From Azolla caroliniana (Eukaryota; Plantae; Polypodiophyta): a DNA stretch of 64,000 bases. A model generated the notes under the pieces. That model ran no database searches, was not told where the DNA came from, and was given only the letters and a program-made list of their open reading frames with translations. Of the stretch, positions 22,243 through 35,682 are shown in pieces. A program made the position numbers and the translations under genes. The stretch covers positions 10,788,001-10,852,000 of the forward strand of contig JBHGNT010000010.1 of NCBI GenBank assembly GCA_043228905.1, read 5' to 3'. Numbering within the stretch: position 1 is the stretch's first letter; the number at the start of each line of letters is the position of its first letter.

Positions 22243-22581
22243 ATGTGGACAAGTTCACACTAGGATACAAAGTGGAGGGAGTCGGCCTTTTATGCCAACA
22301 CGGGCAAAAGCCCATCATGCCGATGGAGCGGACAATAGCCTTGTGGATGTCAGTCGAATGGTCAGATGAGATGAATCAGGAGAAGTTATTGGCGGCGCGG
22401 ATCCAATAGCTCGAGCAAAGGTTGGAGGACGTGGAATGGGCGACCGCGAGGGTAGAAAAGGTAAGAAGAAGAACAAGGACTAGTTCGACCGGAAGCACCG
22501 ACTCCGACCGTAGAAGATCGACGAAGGAGGTTGGGTGTTGGTCTACAACAACAGTCTCGACAATCACCACCGGTTGACCCG
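22243..22581 (+). pseudogene. Ty3/Gypsy integrase C-terminal fragment (family unrelated to Gypsy-A/B/C)
   Basis: GQKPIMPMERTI..W..EKLLAARIQ*LEQR..FDRKHRLRP..EGGWVLVYNNSLDN resembles the region after the integrase core leading to the GPY/F module. Confidence 0.6.
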
Positions 22582-24940
22582 TGTAAGGATAGCGTGCAGA
22601 AGCAAGTAGAAAACTGAACATAGAAAATATGTAGGTTTAATGGAGACCTTGAATATACACAATACGCGGGAGAGACAAAGAGAGAGCACACAGAAAAAAC
22701 TCAATTCAAAATAATACTCAATGTATACATAGGATGTGCTCAGTGAGCACTTTTATACAAGTCCATATGGACTGACAGAAGTACTAACACGTACTTCAAT
22801 GCTCATAAATGAGCTCTACACTAACTCCCAAAATATATATTCCTACGCGGAATATCTTTCCAACGGCCTCGCGGTTTACGCACTGCTACGGCCTATTGTG
22901 CGCACGGTTTTACGCACCCAATTTACGCACTGGATTACGCACCCGATTACGCACCGAATGTTGAGCTTGTCTCTCAACACTCCCCCTCAAGCTCAACTTG
23001 AGGTTCCGTCCGTTCTTCCGGATCTACGCTCCGGTTCCTTCTTTTCACGCCTCACTCGCGTTCCTCGGCCTGTTCAATTCCGCGCGCCTCCACCCTTCCG
23101 GTCGGCTTGTCTGCTCACACGGCCCTTCTCAGCTTCCTTGTTGTTGCGGTGTTGGCGCCTCTTCTGCTGCCTTCTCTTCCGCTTGGCCCTTGGCTGATTC
23201 AACGTATCTGAATCAAACATCCGAACCGACTCGGCTTCCTCCGATCGGTTTTCTCTATCGTCCGAGTTGGCTGTCTCCAACTCATCTTTGGTCTTCTCGC
23301 CCTTGATGGCTTCATCTCCCCCATTCTTGGTTGTCTTCCACTCTTTCTTTTGACTGCTCCCCTTATGTACGCTTTCGGAATCTTCTGTGGATTCTCCCTT
23401 GGCTTCTTCAGCCGATCCGAAATCGAATTGGTCATCCGACTTGGCGTCGCGGTCTTCCGAAACTTCTCTCCCCCTTCCGCGGTCTTCCGGAACTTCTGTC
23501 CCCTTTCCGTGGTCATTCGGGACGTCTCTCTCCCTCAAGTTTGGCACGTCGAGGTGACGCAACCCAAGTGCACCCGAGAATTGCCGCAACTTGTCTAGAC
23601 CAACAGGCTTGGTGAAGACGTTGGCGGTCTTCTGATCCATCGGAACATACTGAAGTTTGACTTCACCGGAGAGTACACGCTCACGGATAAAATGGAAGTG
23701 CACCTCAATGTGCTTAGTCCGGGCGTGGAAAACGGGGTTCTTTGCTAGCTGGATGTTGTTGAGATTGTCGCAGTAGATTGTCGTTGGATCAGATACCTCC
23801 ACTTGCAGATCCTTAAGTAGGCGCTTCAACCAAATGGCTTCGCATGTCGTGACAACCGCTCCTCTATACTTGGCTTCGGTGTCAACAACACAACTGTTGG
23901 TTGCTTCTTGCTACTCCATGTGATCGTGGCACTCCCAAGAGAGAACGCGAAACCGGACGTGGATCGGCGATCGGTGACATTGCCGGCCCAGTTGGCATCG
24001 GTGTAGCCGACCAACTATAGGGCTATACCGGACCGATATAGTAGCCACCGGTCCTTAGTGCCGCTTACATACCGCAGTACGCATTGCGCACACTGAAGAT
24101 GCTCCTCAATAGGGCACGCCATGAACTGACTAATCACCCCGACTGTGTAGCTGAGATCTGGTCGGGTGATGGTCAAGTATATAAGGCTTCCGACTACTTG
24201 TCGGAACCTCATCGGGTCGCATACCTTTCCGGAATTGGGGCGAAGCTTGACGGTTCTATCCAAAGGAGTCGAGACGGACTTACAATCGGCCATCCCGAAT
24301 TTGAAGAGCATACTCAGCACGTAATGTCGTTGGCTGATCAGTATGCCTTCGGGGATGTGGATCACTTCGATCCCAAGGAAGTAATGAAGGTCACCCAAAT
24401 CCTTCATGTCGAATGATGTCGCAAGCTGGAGCTTCACGCGGTCAATCTCACCTAGGTCGGCGCCGGTGATGACCAAGTCATCAACATAAAGTAAAATGCT
24501 AACCAGCCCGAGTCGACCTTTCCGGATAAACAGTGAGGAGCCTAATTTCAACGTCACAAAGCCCATCCGATGCAGTTGATGCGTGATCTTCGCGTTCCAG
24601 CCATGCGGGGCTTGCTTTAGTCCGTAAAGAGACTTCTTCAATCGACACACCGCCGAAGTGTTTGTTCCGGAGTGAAATCTGGGGGGTTGTACCATGTACA
24701 CCTATTCCTCAAGCTCACCTTGCAGGAACGCATTCTTTACATCCATCTGATGTAAATGCCACCCCTTTGTCGCAACTACCATGAGCAAAACACGGACGGT
24801 CGTCATCTTCGCGACCAGTGCAAACGTCTCATCGTAGTCAATGCCGTGTTGCCGCGCGTAACCTTTTGCTACTAACCAGGCCTTGTATTGGTTGACTGAG
24901 CCGTCAGTGTCGTACTTGACCTTGTACACCCACCTTGCTA
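22582..24940 (-). mobile_element. 3' half of a Ty1/Copia element (Copia-4): RT, RNase H with a long charged extension, PPT, 3' LTR 22582-22979
   Basis: [34 protein letters not shown] motifs. PPT at 22980-22988. LTR has TG..CA ends and ~13-bp TTACGCAC tandem units. Confidence 0.9.
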
Positions 24941-26049
24941 GCAATCAACATATCATCAACATACAAAACCAAGATAATCAAGTTGCCATCTCTTGCCTTC
25001 TTGGTGTACAAGACTTCTACGAAAACCTTGAGACTGCATAAATGCATCAAATTTATGATACCATTCTCTTGGTGCTTGTTTCAAACCATACAAACTCCTT
25101 TCGAGCTTACAAACCATCTTCTCTTTGCCTTTAGACACAAAACCTTCAGGCTGCTACATATATATGTCTTCATGCAGATCGCCATGTAAAAAGTCGGTCT
25201 TCACATCCATCTGTATGAGCTCCATATCTTCAGCTGCAACTAAGCCCAAAACGATTCTTAATGTAGTCATCTTGACTAGAGCCGAGAAGATCTCATCAAA
25301 ATCAACTCCATATTCCTACTTGTATCGTTTTGCAACCAATCTTGCTTTGTACTTTGGTGAGGAATCAGAAATTACCTTCATTTTATAAACCCATTTGCAT
25401 GGAAGTGTTTTCTGCCCTTTAGGCAACTGCACCAAATCCCAAGTGCCATTTTTCTCAAGAGATTCCATCTCTAACAACATGGCTTTATACCATTTCTTAT
25501 TGTCTTGTCTGCCCATTGCTTCCTTGAAGCAAGTCAGTTCGCCACAATCAGTTACCATGACATAATCAGCCACATTGTTTGCATTAGAAACAAATTTGTC
25601 AGGCTGTCTAGTAACTCTAGACGATCTCCTAACCCAATGCTCATTGTTTGGTAGTTGTTGAGCTTGCAAATCATCATTTTCAACTTCTTGTCCAGACATT
25701 TCTGCCTGCAAATCAGCATTAATAGTTTGTTGTTCTAGCCGTTCCTGCACATTTGGTGGCTCATCATTACTGGCAAAGGTTGGTTGATCATTTCCAGCCT
25801 CATTTTCTGCATTTGCCAGTAAGTTTACAAGAGGTGTTTCGGGCACATTTTTCTGTCTAAAAGGTATTTCTTCTCAGAATACAACCCTCCGTACTTCCTC
25901 GGTCTTTTCGGGTTGTTTATGCATGCGATTTTCCCGGAAGATAATATCATTGTTGCGTACTATTTTTCTTTTCTTGGGATCCCACAATCTATACCCCATT
26001 TCACCCTTGTCACTGTAGCCTAGGAAAATACATTTGCAGAACTTTGGCT
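24941..26049 (-). pseudogene. Copia internal fragment (Copia-5): integrase C-terminus to RT YVDD, fused to Copia-4
   Basis: [60 protein letters not shown]. Confidence 0.85.
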
Positions 26050-27831
26050 TGTTGAGTTCAATTCTCAACAAGTTGATTAGACAATTTGGATAGAGGAATA
26101 AATTGGTGAGTAAATTGATTAGGCTCATGAAGTTATTAATTTATAACTTCATTAATAAGGTAATCCTAATTCATTTCGTACATTAGTTGGTTTGAATAGA
26201 GGGATTGGAATGATAGCAATGGTCAAAGCTTAACTTACTTAATCAATCAAGTTAATTAGTTATTTCAAAAAGCTAACTTAATCATTTCCATAAGTTAACT
26301 AGGTTGACAAGAGTTCAAAAGAGATTTTTCATTTGATAAGTAAATAAAGAAAGATAGCTATGTGGTCATGATATGTTTGTCATTCATGACAAGTTACTAT
26401 TGGTGCTCAATAATTTTACTATTGAATGTTGCAATTGGCACTCCATTTGAAGACATTCCACAAGAAGAAATGCCATAGTTTCTTAGATGGATATTCTCAA
26501 ATCAATATAGCAAAAGTAAGACATAGAGAAAACAAGTCTTATGATGACAAGTGTCTTTTTAAAATCATACACAATTGATGAGTATGGAACTTAAAAATGA
26601 CTTTGACTTCATACTCGCACTCTGTCACCTAATTGGTTGTTCAATCATGAAGCATTTTGAGTCGCAATCCATCCATTTCTATCACATTATGACTCTTACG
26701 ACTAGATATATTAACTCTAATCTTGATTCAAAGATCACTCATGCCAATGCATGATACATCTCTCTCACAAAACTTGTATTGATATAAGCCCAATACTAGA
26801 CCGTAGATAATTTGTCATAACTTATAAGTGGATTTCAAGCCAAACATGAATCAATAGCATTTTACCCAAACTGATCATGGGATGGGGTTTTCATGGTCTC
26901 CTAAAAAGCAGTTTGCATGTCTAACCTTTCAAACAACACTTTACATGATAGAGCACAATAATGAAACCCTCCCTTCATATGTGGTAGGCAAAATGCAATT
27001 AATGGATAAAAAAGTGTAAATGGGATGGTGCGTTGAGGAATATGAAGTTTATGGGTTTAAGATAACAACAATGGGCCAGATATAATGTTCATTGCAAAGA
27101 AAAAGGTTCATATTCTTACCTTTATAGCCTTTTGGTCAAGGATTCCATGTGGAAAGCATTCATTTTATCTTCTGAATTCAACACTAGAGTTTTGAATTTG
27201 TGGCAATTTATCATAAATGCCCTATTATTTCATGCATGGCATGATAGAAAGGAAGCTCAAAAGTGGACTATCAAAAAAAAGAGAAAGGTGTGTTCGCAAG
27301 TAGGTACTGCATCAAAAGAACATATTGGCAGGTAGTGCTAATAATGAGAAGGGGATATATGATTCCCACCTCATGAGAGACGGAGAGAGAGAGAGGCTTT
27401 GAAAATGATACAAAAGTCTTGGATTGCATTTAACCCGGGCGAAGAAAAAAGAAGAAGAAGAAGAAGAAGAAATGGAGACACCACACTCATGAGGGGCTTG
27501 AAAAGGAAGAGGACACCATGTTTGACCGATCTTCCTTCGCTCCTTCGTGGAGAAAGCAAAGGAAAGCAGATGAGCGGACAGATAGACGGACAAATGGACG
27601 CGGACATCTGGGACCCTCTCCACCTTCATATATATATATACATATACATCCCTCCCCTCCCAACACATACATTTCAGACACCAAGAGACAGACCAACAAC
27701 TAACTAACTAACTAACCCAACACCATATCCTCTCTATGTCTATCTCTATCTCTGCTGCTGCTTGACTCACTTGTTGACTGTTATATATCTCTATAAGCCT
27801 GCTCTTCCTTTCTGTTTTTGTAGCAGAAATT

Positions 27832-30800
27832 ATGGTTACAGTCAACAACTTCCCATCCCTTCGCTCCTCCTCCTTCTTCTTGTCCCTCTTCTGCTTGGCT
27901 ATTGTTGTCTGTTGCTCAGTTGACAGAAGTAAGGTTGTAGCTGCAAGCGCCCAGAAAGTGGCAGGTGTGAACCTCGGAGGATGGCTTGTCATCGAGAAAT
28001 GGATGAGACCCTCCCTCTGGGATGGCATACCTGAACCTGACCTTCTCGTAAGTCTTCAAGACTGCTCTATTCGGATTAGGATTAGGATTAGGGTTCTAGC
28101 TCTTAGTTTCTTTGGTGTCAGGTTTCCATATTAGAAGCTCATTTTATGCTTTTCGGGTTTCTTCCCGTGTTGTTGAGTTTCGTTTTGTAAAGCTTAATTT
28201 TTATGTTCCAAATGCTCATTTAAATTTTAGGGTTTCATTCTTGTAAAGTCTTGATCAACATTTTCTGGGGGGTTAGGGTTTCTTCTACTTTTTGCATCGC
28301 GATATCATTAAATGTTTAAAGTGTCTACTGTTTTATTCACTAAATGTTAATAATTGTAGGTTTATGGTTTCAAGCCTGATCATCATTTTTTGGGCTAGGG
28401 TCTCTCTTCTACATTATATAAATTTGGGGTTTTGCCTGTAGTGTGTTGTTCGTCTTTATTTTAGAGTTAGGGCTCTACTTTCTGCATTAACATTTCATTA
28501 CAAGTTTTAGTGTTTCAACTCTAGACCATCGTGTTTAGAGGTTGAGTTTTCCGATATGAAGCTCAGTTTATGTTTTCACAGTTTCCTCCCTTAATTGCAT
28601 GTTTTAGTAGCATTAGGGTTTCTTCTTGCAAGCCTTCATCTAACAAATCACACTTTAGAGTTGGGATTTCTTCAATTTTGTTACATTTAGAAACATGCTT
28701 ACAAGTATTTATTCTCATAAGATGCGTTTTCTTTTTGCATTTCCCTTTTGCATCATTAGGATATTTGTACTTTTCTGGTTTATGTGGACTTTATTTTATT
28801 TTATTTGAATGTGGATGTTTTTTTTATTCGCGTGCTGAAAGGATGGATCACAAATACAATTAAAATCCACCACACTCCAAACCTATGTGGCTGCAGAAAG
28901 TGGAGGAGGGAGGGAAGTGGTTGTGAACCGCACAGAAGCATCCGGTTGGGAAACATTCAAGGTATAAATCAACTCCTTTATGATGATTTCATACTCTTTT
29001 TATAATTTGGTATTGTCTTCTTCACTTCTTTATGATGATTCTCCTCCTTTTTATGATGCTTTTCTCTTGTTTTGCGATGATTGTTGTCATTTTTGTTTAC
29101 AATGACTTTTTCTTTTATCTTGAGTTTGCAATTTGGTTCCATTCTGGTTTTCAAATAGATATGGCGATATTCAGCTGGTGTCTACAGCCTCCGGGTATTC
29201 AACAATAAGTTTCTGACTGTCTCTCCTTCGAATGGAGATGTCACAGCAACTGCATCAATCCCGCAAGAAAACGAGAGATTCACTTTCACAAGAAACTCGG
29301 CCAACAACAGGGTGCATATTCAAGCTTCTAATGGAAACTATCTGCAGGTCAGAATTGACATATAATGTAATATTTATATCCTTCTTGAGTGGCCCAAATC
29401 CTATCTATAAAATCCCAATTTGTATTCAGAATTGGAAAGTTTTTATGAATGATACAATCAATCCGTTCTGGAAATTTCTCAGGCAAAAGATGTGACTCAA
29501 CTTACGGCTGATTTTGTATCATCATCGGGCGAAATCGGATGGGATGACAATGCGGCAACATTTGAGATGATTATCAATAACCCATCTCCTTATCATGGAG
29601 AATATCAACTAGCCAATGGGTGGGGACCTGAGGTGGCCCCTAGGGTTTTCAAGGAGCATTGGGAATCTTTTATTACGGAATCAGATTTTGCGTACTTGAA
29701 TAGTATTGGCATAAACATGGTCCGTATTCCTGTCGGATATTGGATTGCAAGTGACCCCAATCCCCCCAAGCCTTTTGTCTCGGGATCACTTCAAGTATTA
29801 GACAATGCATTCGATTGGGCTGAGTAAGTGAAAATTGTAATGAATTTAAATGGTGTGTGGAACTATGCAAGCTCGGATTATGGATTGTGAAAATGTGTTC
29901 TGGTGAATTTCTCTAGGAGGAACAACATTAAGATCATGGTAGACCTTCATGCGGTGCCTGGGTCACAAAATGGTCAAGAACACAGCGCTACGATTGATGG
30001 TGTTGCGGAATGGGCCTCAGGCAGTGATGCTGATGGAAAAAGCTATATCGATATCTCTCTTAATGCAATTGATTTTTTGGCATCGAGGTCAGTTTTTCTC
30101 TCCACACATTACTATGTATCTTTGGCATATTGAAATTACCAGCATATATGTATCCCTATGTAGTACATATTATATGACTATCTCAGAGAATTCTTGTCAT
30201 TTTTAAAAATTTAGTAGTATTCTTGGAAATAACCAACTTGACTATGTGTTTTTTCCCGTATTGCTACATGGACAAAATTGTTTCTTAAAGAAATGAGTTA
30301 TAAAGTATCGATGCATGAACTGTGAAACCATAATTTTCATTTGTACAACAATTAAGTAAATGGGTTACCGAGAATCAATGCACAAATTTCCGTGAATTTT
30401 CATGCATTTGCTTGTACCAGGTATAGTAAACGGAGTGGACTCTATGGCATTGAGCTACTCAATGAGCCCATAGCAAGCGTTGTTCCGCTTGATATCCTCA
30501 AGAGTTACTATAGACGTGGATATAGTATAGTACGCCAATATACTAGTACTTATGTCGTGCTTTGTCAACTTTTGGGAGCGGGTGCGAGCGATTTTGTGGA
30601 CCTAGGTAGAGATTTCCAGAATGCTATCCTTGATCTTCACTATTACAATGTGTTTGGATCAAACTTTGCCGATCTCTCTGTGCAAGAGAACATCGACTAC
30701 ATCAACAATAATAGACGAAACGAGATTGAGAGCTTGAATCAGAATGGAAATGGACTCTTCACATTTGTTGGTATGTCAATATGTGGCTTACATACATCTT

Positions 30801-31114
30801 GTGTATATGTAAATATAATGTAATATATATGTATATATTGTTGCTAGATACATGTATATGTATACACACTCTGTAGCCAAATCGTTTGTGTTATTATAAT
30901 AGGAGAATGGACAAATGAATGGGCGTATCGAGGGGCTACTAAAACGGACTACCAAGATTTCGGGCGAGCTCAATTGAAAGTTTATGGAGAAGCAACTGCT
31001 GGATGGTCTTATTGGAACTACAAGATCGACCGAAGTGATTTCGTCCAATGGGATTTCCATAGAAGTTATGAACAACAATATATCCTTAAGCCAGATAATG
31101 GTTGGAATCCTTGA
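27832..31114 (+). CDS. Glycoside hydrolase family 5 glucan 1,3-beta-glucosidase-like protein with a fascin-like insert. Exons 27832-28047, 28842-28961, 29159-29347, 29483-29823, 29917-30087, 30421-30770, 30903-31114 (532 aa)
   Basis: Signal-peptide-like N-terminus. GVNLGGWLVIEKWM, VRIPVGYW, DLHAVPGSQNG, catalytic ELLNEP and FVGEW, GWSYW. All six introns are GT-AG with consistent phases; spliced CDS is 1599 nt. Confidence 0.93.
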
Positions 31115-32475
31115 GAGCACTTGATGATAGGTTCCTCTGCGATATAACTACAATGAAAAATAAAACCTTTGATTTGAAATTCAGCAGCCTTTTGCATTCC
31201 TCCATGGTAGTATGCCCATCCATCACACCATTATCAATATCAAACAATAATAATTGTATTGGCATAAATTTGCATCTACCGTGACAAATAAGCAAAAAGA
31301 ATAGTTAAAAAAGTAATTATATTAAATGAGGAACTTTGGTATGTTGATATTGTGTCCAATTGTAGATAATGCACACAATAGAGTCCACAACTCCATTGAC
31401 AACTTCAAGAAAACTAACATATTGCACCTTTACAACCAAGGTCACTCACAACCATGTTGCTAACATTAGAAACATACGAGAACACGAAGAAGTGACTTAC
31501 CTTTGCAAATTGGTTTGGTATATACTAAGAGGGAGCAATACTTCATATGGGCATAATACATTGCATATTCAGTCAGTACCACATCAATATAGGAAATGTA
31601 AATCTTCAAAATCATCTTCTATAGCTTTGGCATGACTTTGGTGAACCATTTTATTCTCCTTGCAAGGGCTTCACCCATCTTGTTGGGACAAGAATGGCAA
31701 ACATATGTGTATATGTAGAGGTTATCAAGGATTGAACACAATCATTATGACACATAATATCTCGTGTTCATGAACAAATGGCACATATCGACACTAGAGA
31801 GAATGGTATTCACCAATATTGACTTAAAGCTAAAGTGGATCAAGTATGAACTACACATAGAAGAGAGGTTCTTAAGATGGGAATCCATGAATCTTTGCAA
31901 TATAATTGTGCCAATAGCTTGGCTATTGGAGGAACTAAATATGTCGTTTGTTACTAAAATAACAGCACCAATCCAAAGCATCGAGACATATAGGTTGCCG
32001 TCTTTCTTTGATTTTCAAGAATCATAGTGAGGTATGTCAATCCGAATATATTTGCATGAATTACAAATCATCTTGTGCATGACTAGATCTCAAATTCAAG
32101 TTCATTAGCAGTATTATTGCTCGGGTAAATGCATTGGGCGAATTTCGTAGCATGAACTGCTCCACATTATCGCCGTTCAATTTCACAGTTACATGCTCAC
32201 TCCAGAGATAGAATGAAATGTGCCGTCATGACTGTCAAATCGCCTTCATACAGGGGTCTATCCGAGTCCCAAATCCGCAAGTGCGGGCCCACAAATTCTA
32301 TTAGATTCATAATACAGAACTCTGATTCCGTTTATATGGGAACCCAAAGGCATATCAAATCAATATTCCTACCAAATTAAGAATGAATACGCTTTCACTA
32401 TATGACCCCCAAACCCAAGCAAAATAGCTTCTCATCCACATTCTATGCTCTGGGCTGTTAATGTGAGTGAAGGAA

Positions 32476-33870
32476 ATGAACAGGGTCTTGGAGATGATGA
32501 TGGGTGGCTACAATAACATAACCTTTTCTCCACTAGTATTGGATGCATACACTTACATATGTCTCTTACAGGGGTGTTATACGAAGAAGAAGACGAAGAC
32601 AAGGAAAGAGGAGGAGATTATCCTCAATGAAGGAAGAATCATACACAGCCATATCATCAAGATTGGGTTTAAGCACAATGTTTTTCTATGGACCACAATG
32701 GTTGACATGTATGCGAAACATGGATGTGACATGGATGATGCCATGTCAGTCTTCTATTCGATGCCCATACGAAACCTCGCATCTTGGAATGTCATCGTCT
32801 CAGGTTATGTTAAGCATGGGTATGTAAACTATGCATCTCATCTCATAAAGGATTTTATGATCCCAGAAGGCGTGACGCCAGATACCACAACTATAATGAC
32901 GATGATACAGGCATGTTCAGTTATGAAAGATTTGGATAATGGGAGATTGCTTCATTCGTATGTGTTGTTGTATACTAATTTCAAGCTTGGGGTGCTTTTA
33001 ACGAACTCATTGATTGACATGTATGCAAAATGTGGGAGTTTGGATGACTCTGGGGCAATGTTCGATAAAATGTTGACACCTGACATTGTTTCTTGGAACG
33101 CAATGATTTCAGCTTACGCTTCATCAGGGCATCCGGAAAAAAGCCTCGAGTGTTTCCAAGACATGCTTCAGAAAAGTGTTCATATGATCGACGATGTCAC
33201 CATTTTGTGTGCCTTGAATGCATCTGCCAGTATAGGGAGCTTAGAGCAAGGCCATATGATTCATTCCCTTGCACTGAAAAGTGGTTTACAATGTGTGGAG
33301 AATGCTGTTATCAATATGTATGGCAAGTGTGGAGACATGGAATCTTGCCTAGTAGTGTTTGAGAGAATGCGACAAGACACTGTGTCATGGAATTCGATGA
33401 TCTCAGGCTATGCACAAAGTGGGTGTGGCAGCCAGGCTGTAAAGTTGTTCATGTTGTGGCTCCACAACAATGTGAAACCAGACATTGTCTCTGTAGTCGG
33501 GGTCGCCTCCGCATGTGACCATTCAGGCCTAGTAGATGATGGGTGCCATTTGCTCACCGAAATGTATGGAAGTTGTACTAACAGTAACAGCGCACAAGAG
33601 CACCATATATGTATGATCGATATGTTTGGTCGAGTAGGTCGGGTCGATGAAGCGGCTGATTACATAGACAAAATGCCATGTCAACCTCTCGCCAATGCAT
33701 GGAGGGCATTGCTTGGTGCTTGTAGAATCCATGGTGATGTTATGAAAGCACACGAAGCTGCGAGAGCTTCTTTGGAGTTGGAGCCAGAAAATGAGGTAGC
33801 ACATATTTTGCTTTTCAACACTTATGCTGCAAAAGAAAGATCAATCCCAGCATATGATCAAACACATTAG
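32476..33870 (+). CDS. PLS-class pentatricopeptide repeat protein ending in a partial E domain (no DYW)
   Basis: Repeated LIDMYAKCGSL..A..F..M...DIVSWNAMISAY units; HHICMIDMFGRVG; WRALLGACRIHGD..LELEP. Intronless; true start uncertain. Confidence 0.92.
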   Translation: MNRVLEMMMGGYNNITFSPLVLDAYTYICLLQGCYTKKKTKTRKEEEIILNEGRIIHSHIIKIGFKHNVFLWTTMVDMYAKHGCDMDDAMSVFYSMPIRNLASWNVIVSGYVKHGYVNYASHLIKDFMIPEGVTPDTTTIMTMIQACSVMKDLDNGRLLHSYVLLYTNFKLGVLLTNSLIDMYAKCGSLDDSGAMFDKMLTPDIVSWNAMISAYASSGHPEKSLECFQDMLQKSVHMIDDVTILCALNASASIGSLEQGHMIHSLALKSGLQCVENAVINMYGKCGDMESCLVVFERMRQDTVSWNSMISGYAQSGCGSQAVKLFMLWLHNNVKPDIVSVVGVASACDHSGLVDDGCHLLTEMYGSCTNSNSAQEHHICMIDMFGRVGRVDEAADYIDKMPCQPLANAWRALLGACRIHGDVMKAHEAARASLELEPENEVAHILLFNTYAAKERSIPAYDQTH

Positions 33871-35601
33871 CAAGTCTGTCACACTATTACATGTTGCAAA
33901 TACAATATTGAAGATGGATCCTCCCAAAGTGTTCCGTATCGAACACTATGGTCGAGATGATAAGTGAGTGTGAACAATGTATGCTGTTTTACTACCACAG
34001 TTTATCTGAACTTGCTAGAGTTCATGTTTTTTTTGCCCTTCATTACATGTTGCAATAGAAGGCACACATAATACAACACTAATGCCTACATCAACATCCC
34101 ATATGTAGCTCATTCATTAATAAAGAAGGAGAATGTAATCGTGAGGTTGCAAAGGCCTAACGCCCACCTAAATTGGTGGTTTCAATAAGGAAAACCCTCA
34201 TGAAAAGGGATTTGAATCACCTAACCGATTAATCCCCTGATATTACAACAAGAAATGTTGAGCTATCGAAGGTTCTCCATGACAGTTGCATCCGGAGTTT
34301 GGTGAGTGCTGAGAATAATGAAAACACACATTGAGTAAGGTATTGGAGTGGTGTGGGCTCAGTTGGCTCCCACTCGTGTAAACACATGTTTTACGAGTGC
34401 CAGCATGCTCAAGATTCACTCTTGTTGGACCATCACTCATTGTCACCCGCTTTACCAAATGTTACCACGAAATTGTGGGATAGATGTGCACAGGGTCGAA
34501 CCTCTAGGGGGGTCTGAACCAAGTGCATGTGAAGGATAAATGAAGGATCATGGCACATGTGGACAACAAAACAAACACTCACAAAACAAATATATATGTG
34601 TATGGATCAACAAATCTTAAGACAGTAAGAATACTAGAATTTAACGACTAAAGTAAAAATCGAAATCACATTAACAAGAAGATCTTAAAATCCTTATAAG
34701 ATCAAGAGGCTAGAACCCCGATCATAGAAGTTGCAAGGTAGAGTTTAGGAGAGAGATATAATTTGGATAATCCTTGCCTGAAGCATGCACTCTTTTTGAT
34801 CTCCCAAAAGGTTAATTCTGAACAGTAGCTAATCTCTTTGGCCCAATCACAATTTTCTAACTATCCCCCACAAGGCTAGCATGTGGGATGTGGTTAGTGC
34901 CCCTTTTTATTTGACAAGAGGATTGTTTGTACCATGATTATTGACCACACATGCTTAATGCAACAAAAGAACACAAAAACCGTAAGGTTAATCTTGAAAC
35001 TTGTTTGGCCCTTCTTCATAATTCCTTCTAACTCAACAAGAAGATTATTTGTACCATGAGTATTCACCACATGTGCCTAATGCGACACAACAACATGGAC
35101 ACCTTTCTTACATTGTATGCACTCTAGCAGTCGCTACTTGACCAAAATCAAATTTCATTACCAAGAGTGAACTAAATGTCGGACCATAATAGATTCTAAA
35201 CCCCAAGGAGTTCACTAATATATTTCAAAAGGATGTAACATATGCATTTGAGACATTTTTTTTAGAAAACCCTTTTTGTAGAGTCTTAATAATGTTATTC
35301 CAGAATCTTTGAACTTCCTTGCTTTTCACATTCTCAAGCTTGCTTCCTTGAGAGCTTGTAAACTTAGAAATTTAGTCATCACCATAGTTCTCTATACTTA
35401 GCAAGTAAGTCCTCATAATTTTCCATGAGAATCACAAACTTTGAATTAGAATTTCATTTCTAATTTCCTCTCCAATAGGATAATCTATTTATCCACTCCA
35501 AGGACCATGCAACTATCAAAAGAAAAAGTAAAAACTAGGGGCCAATTTGTATATTCACCTTCTTTATTTTTTTCTATACATCATTAGAGAGTGATAGCAT
35601 G

Positions 35602-35607
35602 AGAAGA

Positions 35608-35656
<49 letters not shown>
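35602..35656. repeat. (GA)n microsatellite
   Basis: About 27 GA units. Confidence 0.96.
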
Positions 35657-35660
<4 letters not shown>

Positions 35661-35682
35661 CTTCAAAAGTTATGTGCATAGG

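Noticed and set aside
26050-27800. Possible gene or element in the AT-rich region upstream of GH5
   Set aside because: Only short low-complexity ORFs. An LTR-like hairpin at 26050 has no identifiable partner end.
34805-35100. Degenerate local duplication (GATT.TTTGTACCATGA.TATT.ACCAC blocks)
   Set aside because: Two decayed copies with no termini or coding signal; cannot be assigned to any element.
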